A stretch of 32,000 nt of DNA from Trichodesmium erythraeum IMS101 (GCF_000014265.1 NC_008312.1:1170001-1202000); one strand, 5' to 3'. Shown: positions 1-10,939, numbered from the stretch's first letter. Notes: generated by a model not told the origin, from the letters alone. Numbers and translations: made by a program.

Positions 1-382
1 ACTAGAGAAAATGGCTTGGAGGGGAACAAGCAAAAAAAATATTTACCCCATTAATAATACACAATTAATTCTGATTATAGCGTTTCTGAAATGACTGGGA
101 TTAGAGTTGTTGTTCTTCTTTTTTATTCCCATCGAACCAAAATTACAACTATGTCAAGACTTTTCATGGAACCCTTCTAACTATTCCCTGTCGGGAATTA
201 AAAATAATAGTACTAGATAAAACGCCTCAAATTTAGACTAGTCTTAGCTTTAACCTCAAAATTTTCTAAGTTCTAAATCAGCATAGGTTCTAGTCATTGT
301 TACAGCATCAACATAATTCCCTTGTCTAGGCTAATTTTAACTAATTTTTTCTACCAGAAAATGTTAAGTACTACTACTCCTA

Positions 383-1918
383 TTAGCAAAAGTTATATTT
401 TTTTAGCGCAGGTATTAAATATTGAGTTAAAGTAAAAGCATCTACTCCTAACTCTGTTCGTTCTTTTACTGCTAATATTGCTGCTTGAGCATGCCACCAA
501 ACTGCTGTTTTTACAGCATTGAATGGTAGAGTTTGAGTTGAATTAATAGCTAATAAACCTCCAACTAATCCTGTAAGTACATCTCCACTTCCCCCTCTAG
601 CTAATGCGGGAGTGCTTTCTGGATTTATTAATATTTTTTGGCTATTAGCAATAATTGTTTTTGCCCCTTTTAAAACTATTATAACGTTACTATTTTTAGT
701 AGCTTTTTCAGCAGCTAATATCCGATTATTCAGTTGATCTACTAGATGAGGAAATAGACGTTTAAACTCTCCTGGGTGGGGAGTAATAATTGTTGGTGCT
801 TGACGTTGACTTACTAAAGAATTATTTGCTAAATTTCCACAAATATTTAAAGCATCAGCATCTAAAACTAGAGGACAATTTACAGATAATACTTTTTCTA
901 TTATAGATGTAGGTTCTATAGTTAAACCAGGTCCACAAGCAATAGCTTCAAATTTACTTAAATCTATATCTTCTGGTAATTGTTTTATTGTTCCAGTTTC
1001 TGTTTCAGGGCAACCAATAATTAGTGCTTCTGGTAAATGACTATTTAGTATAGGTTTAATTGATTTTGGTACAGCAATTGATAACATTCCTACACCTGTT
1101 ACTCTAGAACCTAATCCTGTTAAAACTGCCGCGCCACTATAACGATGGGAGCCTACAATTAATAATAAATTACCGTTTGTATATTTATAGGTTGCTGGGG
1201 GACGAGGTAGAGGTAAATTTTCCAGAGCAGATGTTTTTGTAATTCTCTCAATTGTTGGAAATTCTCCTAAAACTTCTGTAATATCTGCTAGGGGAATATC
1301 AAAGTCAATTAATTCAGATTTACCAAAATATTTTAGAGCTTTGTCTTGTAAAAATGCCTGTTTCCACAGACCCAAACAAAATGTGTAGGTAGCACAAATA
1401 CTTGTTCCTAAAACTTCTCCTGTATCTGTATGTATTCCCGAAGGTAAGTCAATACTAAATACCTGTTTTTGCCAACTATTAATTTGACTGATACTTTCAG
1501 CTAAATCTCCAGATATTTCCCGTTCTAAACCAAAACCAAATAAACCATCTATGAGCAAAGCACAATTTTTGAGCAGGGAAATATTTTTGACAAAATTAAC
1601 TCCTAAATATTGGAGATATTTGGCATGAGCATTTGTTAGTTCTTTCAGGTTTACAAAAGGGCAGTAAACTATTATTTCATAACCTTGAAAATATAATTCT
1701 CTGGCTATGACCAAAGCATCTCCACCATTATGACCAGGACCTACTAATACACCTATTTTACTAATATTAGAATTTAATAATTCTGAGATTTTTCGTGTTA
1801 CTAATCCTGCAACCTTTTCCATTAATGCTGCTACAGGCATTCCCGCAATAAATATACGTTCCTCTATTTGTCGCATTTGTGCAGCAGTAACTATAAATTT
1901 TTCTTTGATATTGTTCAT
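383..1918 (-). CDS. nnr: Bifunctional NAD(P)H-hydrate repair enzyme Nnr (YjeF_N epimerase + ADP-dependent dehydratase)
   Basis: The 520-aa ORF 383..1945 has the epimerase-type motif GPGHNGGDALV in its N-terminal half and the kinase-fold motif GGSGDVLTG near its C-terminus. The ORF-track start at 1945 is a TTG. The first ATG (MNNIKEKF...) is at 1918 and I prefer it. Confidence 0.9.
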   Translation of the reverse strand: MNNIKEKFIVTAAQMRQIEERIFIAGMPVAALMEKVAGLVTRKISELLNSNISKIGVLVGPGHNGGDALVIARELYFQGYEIIVYCPFVNLKELTNAHAKYLQYLGVNFVKNISLLKNCALLIDGLFGFGLEREISGDLAESISQINSWQKQVFSIDLPSGIHTDTGEVLGTSICATYTFCLGLWKQAFLQDKALKYFGKSELIDFDIPLADITEVLGEFPTIERITKTSALENLPLPRPPATYKYTNGNLLLIVGSHRYSGAAVLTGLGSRVTGVGMLSIAVPKSIKPILNSHLPEALIIGCPETETGTIKQLPEDIDLSKFEAIACGPGLTIEPTSIIEKVLSVNCPLVLDADALNICGNLANNSLVSQRQAPTIITPHPGEFKRLFPHLVDQLNNRILAAEKATKNSNVIIVLKGAKTIIANSQKILINPESTPALARGGSGDVLTGLVGGLLAINSTQTLPFNAVKTAVWWHAQAAILAVKERTELGVDAFTLTQYLIPALKKYNFC

Positions 1919-2914
1919 TTTTCCGAATTTTATACCAAATATCAAAAGTATTTTTAGGGAGTAAGTAGAGGTGTTATATGCAACCTAACTACTGAGCAGG
2001 GAGTAGGAAAATCAGCAGTAATTTGGCCAAAAAGATATAAAAATAGCATCAAACCTTATATAGTAATTGTTTGATATTTAATCAATATATTTCTTTTTCT
2101 ATCTAGGTTTAATCCATTTTTAGTAATGGCTGAGTATTTTCCTTACCCAAAAATAGCAATGATAGGCATTTTTGCCCTTGGACATTGTCAAAGTATTCTT
2201 GGATATAATATATTTTCCCTCTTTTCCTATAATCTTTCAAAACATTGTTGAACTTTACTTATTAGTTAATAACTGAAGTATTGAGGAAGTGTAGCATTAT
2301 TTTTGTTAATATTATTCTAATTTAACGAACCTTCCTTCAAAAGAATAGAAAATCATATTAAGTCTGATTGATCAGTATTAGAGGGTTTAGGTTAAGATAG
2401 TATCTGTAAATAAAATATTAAATCCTGATTTGAGATGGGTATTCCCAGATTCATATCTTCAACTTAGTAATCTTTGTAGTTTGCCGTAACCCAAATAAAC
2501 GTCAGCTTTAAGCAGAAGTTAAAATTGGTTTTATAGGGAGCCTCTATTTCAATCAATTTTTAAGCTTATCAAAATAATTGAGTTGTCTAAACATAGCTTT
2601 TAAAACCATCCATTACCCACATATTTATTAACATCAAAATTTACAAAAAAAATAAAACAATTTATACACTTACTATGAATATTTTTTTACAGTAAATATC
2701 TTGAAAAATATATTTTTATTCAATATGTAAATTCCAATTATTCTCCTTTTTTTTTATATCCTTATATCCGTTTTCATAAAATAGTCATAGGAGCTCATGA
2801 TAATTTTTTTTTTAATGAGAAGTGTTTTTTAAAGGTTATTTGAATCTCTTTTACCAAAACAACTTTGGATTTCATACCTTTTAAAACTTTAACTTTGTTA
2901 ACTTCTTTGTTATT

Positions 2915-3760
2915 CTAACGACCATAATAAATAACTACATTAATAAACCCTGAATCTAATAAATAGCGTTGCCATTTTTCTGCAGTTTTTTCATTTTCAA
3001 AAGGTCCTATAGCTACATTTTCTGGTATTTCTGTCACCTGAATACCTCTATCAGGAACTCCTAATAATCCCAATTTATATGTCGTTATAGCTAAATCTTT
3101 TGACTGGCTAGGAATTAGTAAATAATAGGACTTACTATTTAGTCCATAAGCTATTGAATTAGTCACTGGAGGATATATAGTAGCTGCTAAAGTTGTAGAA
3201 CTTACAGGTTTTCCAAATGCTTCACCAGGATTCAACTTCAATCGTTTACCATGAATTCCTTTTTCCTTTAAAAAATCTAACAAATCTAAGGTAAAAAACA
3301 ACTCAGAAAAGCTTCCGACTTGAATAACTTTTCGGTTATTAAAAAAGCGAAATACTGCTCTTGGTTCAATTATTTGCCGAATAATTCTTAACAAAATTTG
3401 ACTTTTTGAATCAATATAAACAATATATTGTAAACTTGGAAATGGATTAGGTTCAATGGGGTTAAATATTGGTTCTTGTTGTTGGGCTGAGGGTGTTATA
3501 ATTAATGGTGGTAAATTTTCAACAGGTCTTTTATCTCTAAAAAAATCTGTTATTAGTGGTTCATTATTTGATGTGTTATTTTGGGAGGTAAAAATTGTAT
3601 TTTGGCTATGATTTTGATTGGTATTTAAGGTTTGATTTTTGATTGATTTTCCTAGAGATAAAGTCTGATAGCTTAGGGCTAAAAACCATCCTAATATAAT
3701 TGATAATAACGACATTTTTGATGTTTTGTAGCATGATGTTGTAAAAAAAATATTTGGCAT
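2915..3760 (-). CDS. Secreted or membrane-anchored protein with C-terminal SPOR-like repeats and an N/Q/S/T-rich linker
   Basis: This is a 281-aa ORF. A hydrophobic signal or anchor segment (MSLLSIILGWFLALSYQTLSLG) begins at the second ATG (3715), which may be the true start. The C-terminal half has two SPOR-like segments (IQVGSFSE...LKEKGI and VAIGPFENEKTAEKWQRYLLDSGF). No close family is recognised beyond that. Confidence 0.55.
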   Translation of the reverse strand: MPNIFFTTSCYKTSKMSLLSIILGWFLALSYQTLSLGKSIKNQTLNTNQNHSQNTIFTSQNNTSNNEPLITDFFRDKRPVENLPPLIITPSAQQQEPIFNPIEPNPFPSLQYIVYIDSKSQILLRIIRQIIEPRAVFRFFNNRKVIQVGSFSELFFTLDLLDFLKEKGIHGKRLKLNPGEAFGKPVSSTTLAATIYPPVTNSIAYGLNSKSYYLLIPSQSKDLAITTYKLGLLGVPDRGIQVTEIPENVAIGPFENEKTAEKWQRYLLDSGFINVVIYYGR

Positions 3761-3851
3761 GGTTACTTACTTCAATAAATGATGAATTTTAGCTGATAGC
3801 TGAATGCTTAGATAGATATATATTTTTTTTAATTGTATAAACTCAAATCCA

Positions 3852-4931
3852 ATGAATAAAATTATAGTTGGTCTCTCTGGTGGAGTTGATAGTTCCACAG
3901 CAGCAGCAATATTGCATCATCAAGGATATCAAGTCGAGGGCTTAACTCTTTGGTTAATGAAAGGAAAAGGTCAATGTTGTTCTGAAGGAATGGTTGATGC
4001 TGCCTATATTTGCGAACAATTAGATATTCCCCATCATATTGTCGATACTCGCAATTTATTTCAAGCAAATATTGTTGATTATTTGGTGACTGGTTACAGT
4101 GCCGGAATTACTCCACTACCTTGTTCTCAATGTAATAAAACAGTAAAATTTGGTCCCATGTTAGCTTATGGTCGTGAAAAATTAGGTATTGACAAAATTG
4201 CCACAGGGCACTATGCACGACTTGATTATGACTCAAAAAGCGATCGCTATCTATTAAAACGTGCAATTGATCGTAATAAAGACCAGTCTTATTTTTTGTA
4301 TGATTTAACACAGTACTTATTGGCAGGTTCAGTATTTCCTCTAGGAGAAATGGTAAAGAGTGAAACCCGACGCATTGCAGCAGAATATGGTTTGAAAACT
4401 GCTGACAAACCAGAAAGTCAGGATTTATGTTTGGTAGAGTCTAGCGGTTCCATGCGGGCATTTTTAGATAAATATATTACTCCCCATCAAGGTGAAATAG
4501 TTGACCGAGAGGGACGAGTTTTGGGAAGACACGATGGTGTCCATCATTATACTATTGGCCAAAGAAAAGGTTTAGGAGTTTCTGCCCCTCATCCCTTATA
4601 TGTGATAGACCTAGACCCAGCAATGAATAAAGTAATAGTGGGCGATCGCGATAGCGCGACTAAAATGGAATCTACTGTGAAGCTGGTTAACTGGGTTTCT
4701 ATTGCCCCACCAAGTACATCAATACGCGCAGAGGTACAAGTGAGGTACCGCAGTTTACCCGTAGCTGCAAATATTATTCCTTTGGGTGTTAATGAAGAAA
4801 AACCTCAAGATGGTTTTCGAGTTAAGTTAATTTTTGAAGAAGCAGTTTTTGGTATAACTCCCGGGCAAGCTGCTGTTTGGTATGAAGGAGATATTTTGTT
4901 GGGTGGAGGGATCATAGAAAACGAGAAGTAA
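3852..4931 (+). CDS. mnmA: tRNA 2-thiouridine(34) synthase MnmA
   Basis: The 359-aa ORF has the PP-loop SGGVDSS at its N-terminus, catalytic-cysteine contexts [11 protein letters not shown] and SQDLCL, and the DQSYFLY motif. Length and order match MnmA. Confidence 0.95.
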   Translation: MNKIIVGLSGGVDSSTAAAILHHQGYQVEGLTLWLMKGKGQCCSEGMVDAAYICEQLDIPHHIVDTRNLFQANIVDYLVTGYSAGITPLPCSQCNKTVKFGPMLAYGREKLGIDKIATGHYARLDYDSKSDRYLLKRAIDRNKDQSYFLYDLTQYLLAGSVFPLGEMVKSETRRIAAEYGLKTADKPESQDLCLVESSGSMRAFLDKYITPHQGEIVDREGRVLGRHDGVHHYTIGQRKGLGVSAPHPLYVIDLDPAMNKVIVGDRDSATKMESTVKLVNWVSIAPPSTSIRAEVQVRYRSLPVAANIIPLGVNEEKPQDGFRVKLIFEEAVFGITPGQAAVWYEGDILLGGGIIENEK

Positions 4932-4941
4932 GTGTTAGTTT

Positions 4942-4989
4942 GTAGTCTGGATTTTTTAGTTGATCATCAAAACTGAAAATTCAGACTAC
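4942..4989 (+). terminator. Long hairpin 11 nt downstream of the mnmA stop (candidate terminator or RNA-stability element)
   Basis: GTAGTCTGGATTTT (4942-4955) pairs with AAAATTCAGACTAC (4976-4989) over 14 bp including one G-U. The 20-nt loop contains its own TTGAT-C-ATCAA palindrome. An A/T-rich tract follows, but there is no clean U-run. Confidence 0.4.
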
Positions 4990-5475
4990 TAAATTATTTA
5001 TTATATAGATTTTATTACTTAAACTTAATACTTTTGCTCTGGGACAAGAAACCATTTTTTGATTTTCGTAAAGTCAGAAAGCGATCGCAACTCCTGTAGT
5101 AGTACTTTGATATTTTTTCAATAAAATATTGATCATTGTTCTTTTGAGATAAAAATAGTGATGCAAGCATTGAGAATTTAAGTTATACTTCAACCTTACC
5201 ACTAAACGTAAGTTAATATTTGATAGTCGAGAGCGATCGCTTAGTAGCAAAAAAGAAAAGTATGAGTCTAGAGACATCAACTTAGTTACAAGTACATAAC
5301 AAACCCTTAACAGACCCATAAACCAATATCTTTACAGCTTTAAGAGCACCCAAAAATTTTGAGTCTTAAAAATCTTACTTTTAGCCTTTGAATGGATGAA
5401 CTTTAACTTCCGTAAAACAAACAGTATAACTTTAATCTCAATTCCCTGCCTCTTATTCATCCCACTCAAAAAACA

Positions 5476-7374
5476 TCAACCACTTAACAAACTCTCATAC
5501 CTTCCCAAAGCCATCAAAGGAAAATACTGTGAATAAAAATGATACTTAATATAAAAATGACCAGGAAACCCAGTACCAGTAAACTCATCCTCCAGCCAAC
5601 TCCCATCATCATTCTGAGTCGAAACTAAAAAACCCACACCCCCATCAATAGCATCCCTAGCAAAATTACCAGTCCCCTCCCCCGCAGCCAATAAACCAAT
5701 TAACGCCCAAGCAGTCTGAGAAGCCGTACTTTTCCCCTTCCCCTTCAACGACGGATCATTATAACTCCAACAACTTTCACCCCATCCACCATCCGAATTT
5801 TGACAACCAACCAACCAACTTGCCCCCCTCTCTATATAACCTCGGTGACTTTCCCGTGCCATAACAGCCAAAGCCAAAATAACTCCACTCGTACCGTATA
5901 TATAATTAACTCCCCACCGACCAAACCAACAACCTTCCTCTTCCTGCTCCCTTACCAAAAAATCGATCCCCCGTTTCACCCGCCAACTATCCATAGCTAA
6001 CCCACAACAACCAACCATTTCCAATACCCGCCCCGTCACATCTGCCGTATTCGGATCGATCATCGCCTTTAAATCTCCATAAGGAGTAGCATTCAACCAG
6101 TCTTGATTATTATCTACATCAAAAGCTGCCCAACCACCAGCTTCACATTGCATCGAAGCTATCCACTCCATGCCACGAGCGATCGCCTTACCTTTCAGAT
6201 CCTCATCAGGCAACTCTACAACATCCAAAGCCATAACCACTACCGCCGTATCATCTATATCTGGATAAAAACGATTCATAAATTCAAACGCCCAACCCCC
6301 CGGTTTACCAAATTTATTCTTAAACACCCAATCACCATAATCCAAAATTTGCTGTTGCAACAACCATTGTCCAGCCTTAACCATTGCCGGATGACTAGGA
6401 GAAATACCAGAATCAACCAACGAACGTATTACCCAAGCGGTATCCCACACTGGAGATACACAGGCTTGTACCCGATAACTATCCTCATTTTCTATAGCAA
6501 ACCTATCTATAGCCTCCAGTCCCCGCACCACCACAGGGTCAGCCACATCATATTCCAAGCATTTTAATGCCAACATAGAATTTAACATAGCCGGAATAAT
6601 ACCCCCCCAGTCACCCGTAACCTCTTGCCTTTCTAAAATCCATTTTTCTGCTGCTTTTAATCCTTCCTGTTGCAAAGGCATCAAATTCAAATTTTCTGCA
6701 AATTTAAAAGCCTTATCTAGTCCCAAAAATAAATCTGTCAGATCGTATTTACGAGGTAATTCAAAACTAGCATTGTTAATTCCTTCGGCATAAAGCTCAT
6801 CAAGATTAATAGTGGGGTTAACAGAAAAAATCGGCTTTTTATCAAACACAATTAATAGTGGAACAGTACTACTTCTTGCCCAACTTGACATTTCATAAAT
6901 AGTAAATGGAAAATCTTCAGGAAGTAGCATTATGCTAGAAGGAATAGAAGGAATACCCTGCCAGCTGTAGCATCCAATTAAAGCCAAATGTAATTTAGTA
7001 AAAATTCTGCTGCAACTAATACCACCTTTTTTAATAATAAAATTTTGTGCTTCAATCATAATTGGATCTGTTCTTGAAACACCCAATAATCTCAAAGCCA
7101 TATAAGCTTCAATAGAAGTGCTTAAGTCTCCTCCATCCCCATAAAATAGTTCCCAACCACCATGTTCTCGTTGTTGAGATATTAGGTAATTTTTTGCCTT
7201 ATTCAATGGTATTTTTTTATCAGTTTGCCAAATTTTATGTAGTAAAATTATTTCTGCTGTTATTGTGACATTTGATTCTAGTTGACCCCACCAGTATCCT
7301 TCTGTTTCTTGTAAACTTAATAAGTGCTTTTGACTAGCTAATATAGACTGTTTTACTTTGTTTTTTTCTATCAT
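5476..7374 (-). CDS. shc: Squalene-hopene cyclase
   Basis: The ORF 5476..7383 has the catalytic DxDD motif (PDIDDTAVV) and multiple QW-type repeats (e.g. QNSDGGWG, QNDDGSW, REHGGWE). Its size of ~630 aa is typical. The ORF-track start at 7383 is a TTG, and the first ATG (MIEKNKV...) is at 7374. Confidence 0.93.
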   Translation of the reverse strand: MIEKNKVKQSILASQKHLLSLQETEGYWWGQLESNVTITAEIILLHKIWQTDKKIPLNKAKNYLISQQREHGGWELFYGDGGDLSTSIEAYMALRLLGVSRTDPIMIEAQNFIIKKGGISCSRIFTKLHLALIGCYSWQGIPSIPSSIMLLPEDFPFTIYEMSSWARSSTVPLLIVFDKKPIFSVNPTINLDELYAEGINNASFELPRKYDLTDLFLGLDKAFKFAENLNLMPLQQEGLKAAEKWILERQEVTGDWGGIIPAMLNSMLALKCLEYDVADPVVVRGLEAIDRFAIENEDSYRVQACVSPVWDTAWVIRSLVDSGISPSHPAMVKAGQWLLQQQILDYGDWVFKNKFGKPGGWAFEFMNRFYPDIDDTAVVVMALDVVELPDEDLKGKAIARGMEWIASMQCEAGGWAAFDVDNNQDWLNATPYGDLKAMIDPNTADVTGRVLEMVGCCGLAMDSWRVKRGIDFLVREQEEEGCWFGRWGVNYIYGTSGVILALAVMARESHRGYIERGASWLVGCQNSDGGWGESCWSYNDPSLKGKGKSTASQTAWALIGLLAAGEGTGNFARDAIDGGVGFLVSTQNDDGSWLEDEFTGTGFPGHFYIKYHFYSQYFPLMALGRYESLLSG

Positions 7375-7569
7375 TTTTATCAATAATTGAAAATATAATA
7401 TTGTTATTCAAAGCAATAATTAATCAATAGTAATTATCTCTATTTATCTATGATAATAATTATGCAATGCGAGGGAATATAAATGAAAATTTTATATTTT
7501 TAACATCCTTAGGGAACCTTCCCTCAAATTTTATTGTCTCTAGATAACTAGATTCTGTATAGATAGACT

Positions 7570-7625
7570 AGCTTCCCAGTATGCAACTAGCAAACCTGGG
7601 AAGTTTCCTTCTTATATATTCCTTT
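7570..7625 (+). terminator. Orphan terminator-like hairpin plus T-rich tail in the shc/acsF spacer
   Basis: CTTCCCAG (7572-7579) pairs perfectly with CTGGGAAG (7596-7603), extendable by G-U and A-T to 10 bp, with a 16-nt loop. TTTCCTTCTTATATATTCCTTTCT follows on the + strand. No + strand gene lies upstream. Confidence 0.3.
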
Positions 7626-8030
7626 CTAGTTTATCTCTGCTATTATATAAAATAATTCTTTAATCAGCCCAATTAATTTGTAACATTATTTGATTAAAAT
7701 TTTAGAAATAATTTATATGATTTTATAAATTATATAGTTACTAATATCTTAATATTCTACAGATTAAATAATTAGTAAAAATCATAAATTTTTATTAAAC
7801 TGCTACTTCTAACTCCAGAACTATAAGTATAGGAAAATATTTACATCCTTAAACTACAGAATAAAATCGTAATCAAAATGCTGTAGCCAGCCTACTAGGT
7901 GTACTCTAAATCCAAGCAATGCATGAGCTTTATCCACCCAAATTATGCTACCTTCATTTTGCTAAAGCATAATTTGTGTCAATGCTTTGAAGACTCATCA
8001 GCAAGCCCTCCATAAACACAAATAAATAGC

Positions 8031-8045
8031 CTTGTGTCAAACAAG
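8031..8045 (-). terminator. Weak candidate acsF terminator hairpin
   Basis: CTTGT/ACAAG forms a 5-bp stem with a 5-nt loop about 35 nt after the acsF stop. In minus-strand orientation it is followed by CTATTTATTTGTGTTT. The stem is short, so confidence is low. Confidence 0.25.
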
Positions 8046-8079
8046 ACTATCAAAATCAAAAAATTAATTATTAACTTTA

Positions 8080-9156
8080 TTAACGAACAGAACTTTGCAT
8101 AGTAGCCGTTTCAATTGGCTTCATTAAATACAACTTTAAAAATTGCCAACCATTAGATAAATACAGAGGAAACTTTTGGAAAAACTTCACAAAACCAGGA
8201 TTATTAGAATTAGCGATCTTCGTCAACTTCTCATTATTCTTTATACAAAACTCTAATCTTGCATAAAACTCAGGATTTTCTACATCCAAAATCACTGGAA
8301 AAACCCGCCCTGAAGTTTCATTAGTTTTCTCAATCACATACTTATCATAATCACAGGCATTCAAACCAATAGAAGCATAAAAATCAGCACGTTGAATATC
8401 ATTCAAATACATAGTAGCAAACACAGAAAGCAAGAAAAATCTACACCACAACTTTGCTTGCCAATCATTCAGAAATTCTGGTCTAGCTCTCATAATAGCA
8501 TCAAAAAAATCTCCATGACGATTTTCATCCTGACACCAATTTTCAAAGAAACGGAAAATAGGATAAATTCTATCTTCTGGGTGAGCTTCTAAATGACGAT
8601 AAATAGTAATATAACGCCAATAACCAATTTTTTCTGATAAATAAGTAGCATAAAAAATAAACTTTGGTTTAAAGAAAGTATACTTACGACTTTTAGTCAA
8701 AAACCCTAAATCCAAAGACAAATTAAAATCTGACATTGCCTTATTTAAAAAACCTGCATGACGAGCTTCATCTCGTGACATTAAAGTGAAACACTCAGCC
8801 AAAATAGGACTTTTATTTTTGAGGCGACGACCTAATTCTTTATAAAGTAAAAAACCAGAAAATTCAGCAGTACAAGAACGCTCTAAAAACTCAACAAATA
8901 AACGACGAGTTTCCCCATCAATATGATCCCAAGATTGGGCAAATTCCTCATTCCTCACAAAATGATGGCGATTATAATCTGCACGAAACTCTTCCAAAAT
9001 AGCCATCAATTCATCCTCATTCACAGAGATGTCCATTTTAGCCATCTCATCAAAATCTGTTGTATAAAATCTAGGTGTGAGGATAGTTTCCTTTGCAGGA
9101 ACTTTAACACCTGGACGCATTTCAGTAAAGGTTTGTTTTTTGAGAGAATTTACCAT
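8080..9156 (-). CDS. acsF: Mg-protoporphyrin IX monomethyl ester oxidative cyclase (aerobic), AcsF/ChlE
   Basis: The 358-aa ORF has an ATG start and di-iron carboxylate motifs [10 protein letters not shown] and [10 protein letters not shown]. The full length matches the cyanobacterial/plant CHL27 family. Confidence 0.95.
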   Translation of the reverse strand: MVNSLKKQTFTEMRPGVKVPAKETILTPRFYTTDFDEMAKMDISVNEDELMAILEEFRADYNRHHFVRNEEFAQSWDHIDGETRRLFVEFLERSCTAEFSGFLLYKELGRRLKNKSPILAECFTLMSRDEARHAGFLNKAMSDFNLSLDLGFLTKSRKYTFFKPKFIFYATYLSEKIGYWRYITIYRHLEAHPEDRIYPIFRFFENWCQDENRHGDFFDAIMRARPEFLNDWQAKLWCRFFLLSVFATMYLNDIQRADFYASIGLNACDYDKYVIEKTNETSGRVFPVILDVENPEFYARLEFCIKNNEKLTKIANSNNPGFVKFFQKFPLYLSNGWQFLKLYLMKPIETATMQSSVR

Positions 9157-10184
9157 AAATTTCGTTATTTTCTTAATTATGATTATGAATCTATGTTTAT
9201 AGTGAGATATAGCTGCACTCAGCAGTTAACCCCTCCCTTTTCCCATTTGGGGGAAAGTTTGTAAAGTGAATACCAAAACTCTCCTATATTCGGAGCACGA
9301 ACTAAATTGGAAAGTTTAAGAATGTCCTTAGTACCCTGGTGACGCTATATTTTTTTTAATTGCTCCATTAATTGTTAATTAGCTTTATTTTATCTATAGA
9401 GAGGGTAGTAAAAATGACACTATGTTTTTCATCCCATACAGTCTATCAAGGTCTGGAGATTTGAATCACATAATTTGCATTAAGAATTGCAAAGCTATTG
9501 TAGTTAATTTGATTAATAGCTAATTTCATTAACAAAAACCCACCAAAATTAATTTGTCGATTTTAGTACTCATTTAGTGTAGCGAATCAGGTTACTACCG
9601 ACTAATTATAGGGTAAGAGAGAAAGTAAGGCTTAATAAGTAATAGATATAATCTATAATCTAATACGGTTCAAACCCGACTAAAACTCATTAAGATATGA
9701 AACCATTAAATAACTACTATAGTCTACAGAACTGCAAAAAAATATTACTAGCAATACCTTGAAATTTTTTACACCAGAAACTATTTCAAATCTAGTATGA
9801 GTAAGGGAAATACCTGACATAGCTAAAAATAGCAGAAACCTAAATATATTAAGAGAAAGGTAGGTTAAAAGTAAAAACATTAATGTATCAGGTTTTGACA
9901 TGATTTTTAACCTATTATTTTCTCAAGTCCAGTTAATAAAACGTATTCATATACAATCAGCTTTTCCTCATTGGATTTGGTACTCATTGTCTACAATTTC
10001 AAATATACCAGTCCCTAGGGGGCGAGGATATTCTTATACCTCTTTACCTCTTAAATTTTTTCACAGTAATATCTTAACTTATGACTTCTAGCAATTGTTA
10101 TTTTAACTTCAGCTATAACCAGCTTGTTAGCATAGTTGTATTATGGTTAATAAATTTTTGGACTAAATATAAACAAATAATATA

Positions 10185-10633
10185 GGATATAATTACCTAT
10201 TTTGGGCCGCGTGTTTAGTTGATTTAAGTAGATGTCATCGAATCTACAATGGCAAATTTTTTACAGGTTTAGTTTGGCTCTATACCTATGGCTTATTTGG
10301 AGTCGTTCAATTTATTAACTTGTTGTTAATTCCGAGTATGCTCAAATCAAAGTAAACTGGGTATTTCAGAGCAAGGGATATCATTAAATTCATCAAATGA
10401 AGTGATCGCCATCAAAGCATATTCACCACAAACCCGTCAACAATTAATGATTGCATTACTTAAAACAGCTTCTACAAAGGGAGGAAAATTATCTGTTGCT
10501 CAAGGAGTCATGGCAACAGGATATAGCTTTACAGAATTAGAAGAAACCATGAAAGAAATGCTTAAAACTGGTTACGTCAGAGTAGATAACCATCCAGATA
10601 CAGGAATTGTTATCTAATTTCCATGAACTCTAA
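10185..10633 (+). pseudogene. Decayed TM2-domain protein gene (N-terminal truncation plus two frameshifts)
   Basis: The frame opening at 10185 reads DIITYFWAACLVDLSRCHRIYNGKFFTGLVWLYTYGLFGVVQFINLLLIPSMLKSK*, a TM2-domain core (HRxYxGK...G), but has no start codon. The C-terminal part continues in another frame (10402..10617, GTG-initiated in the ORF track; ...GGKLSVAQGVMATGYSFTELEETMKEMLKTGYVRVDNHPDTGIVI*). The apparent original end, NFHEL*, lies one more frameshift away (stop 10631-10633). Confidence 0.65.
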
Positions 10634-10687
10634 ATATTGGAAACAAAGTAATCAATAAGATATATTTTAGTTAAAATTTTAACATAG

Positions 10688-10716
10688 TTGCTCAAATAAT
10701 GGTACTATAGTATAGT
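10688..10716 (+). promoter_or_regulatory. Candidate sigma70-type promoter of rpmF
   Basis: TTGCTC (10688-10693), a 17-bp spacer and TATAGT (10711-10716) lie about 47 bp upstream of the rpmF ATG. This rests on sequence pattern only. Confidence 0.3.
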
Positions 10717-10762
10717 AATATGTTTGTACAATTATCTGTATTTAAAGAATAGAATAACTTTT

Positions 10763-10939
10763 ATGGCTGTACCAAAGAAGAGAACCTCAAAATCTAAGAA
10801 AAATATGCGGAAAGCTAACTGGAAAAACCAGGCAAAACTAGCTGCAAAGAAGGCACTATCCCTAGGTAAATCTGTTGAAACTCAACGTTCCCATAGTTTT
10901 GTACACCCAAGATATGAAGAGGAAGAAGAAGAAGATTAA
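10763..10939 (+). CDS. rpmF: 50S ribosomal protein L32
   Basis: [21 protein letters not shown]... is the canonical L32 N-terminus. The protein is 58 aa with an acidic EEEEEED tail. The ORF-track start at 10724 is an upstream TTG, and the ATG at 10763 gives the conserved MAVPKK start. Confidence 0.93.
   Translation: MAVPKKRTSKSKKNMRKANWKNQAKLAAKKALSLGKSVETQRSHSFVHPRYEEEEEED

Noticed and set aside
183-198. Hairpin ATTCCC-TGTC-GGGAAT downstream of nnr as a terminator
   Set aside because: The stem is only 6 bp. The adjacent A-run is on the wrong side to give a U-tract for the minus-strand nnr transcript, and no T-run follows on the plus strand.
5074-5319. 81-aa ORF in the mnmA-shc spacer
   Set aside because: It has no recognisable motif. 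Its composition is L/S/K/Y-rich, as expected from AT-rich DNA, and it has no ribosome-binding site. It is possibly old coding DNA, since two HIP1 sites lie within it, but it is not supportable as a gene.
5800-6567. ORFs 5800..6000 and 6103..6567 (+) antisense inside shc
   Set aside because: They are entirely embedded opposite a strongly supported CDS. Their low-complexity P/T/H/I-rich translations are typical mirror-frame artefacts. The same reasoning rejects 3862..4068 and 4108..4311 (inside mnmA), 8392..8592 and 8923..9264 (acsF), 14325..14507 (yraN), 14887..15129 (pentapeptide gene), 20184..20444 and 20676..20882 (DUF502), 23465..23677 (ftsY end), and 30085..30459 and 30222..30410 (BciB-like).
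9655-9690. tRNA T-arm-like string ACGGTTCAAACCCGAC
   Set aside because: Only 3 bp of T-stem can form, and no acceptor stem, D-arm or anticodon arm is present in the flanks.
9680-10091. ORFs 9680..9901 (-) and 9900..10091 (+)
   Set aside because: They are short, abutting, hydrophobic or low-complexity translations in about 25% GC DNA, with no motifs. They look like chance ORFs.
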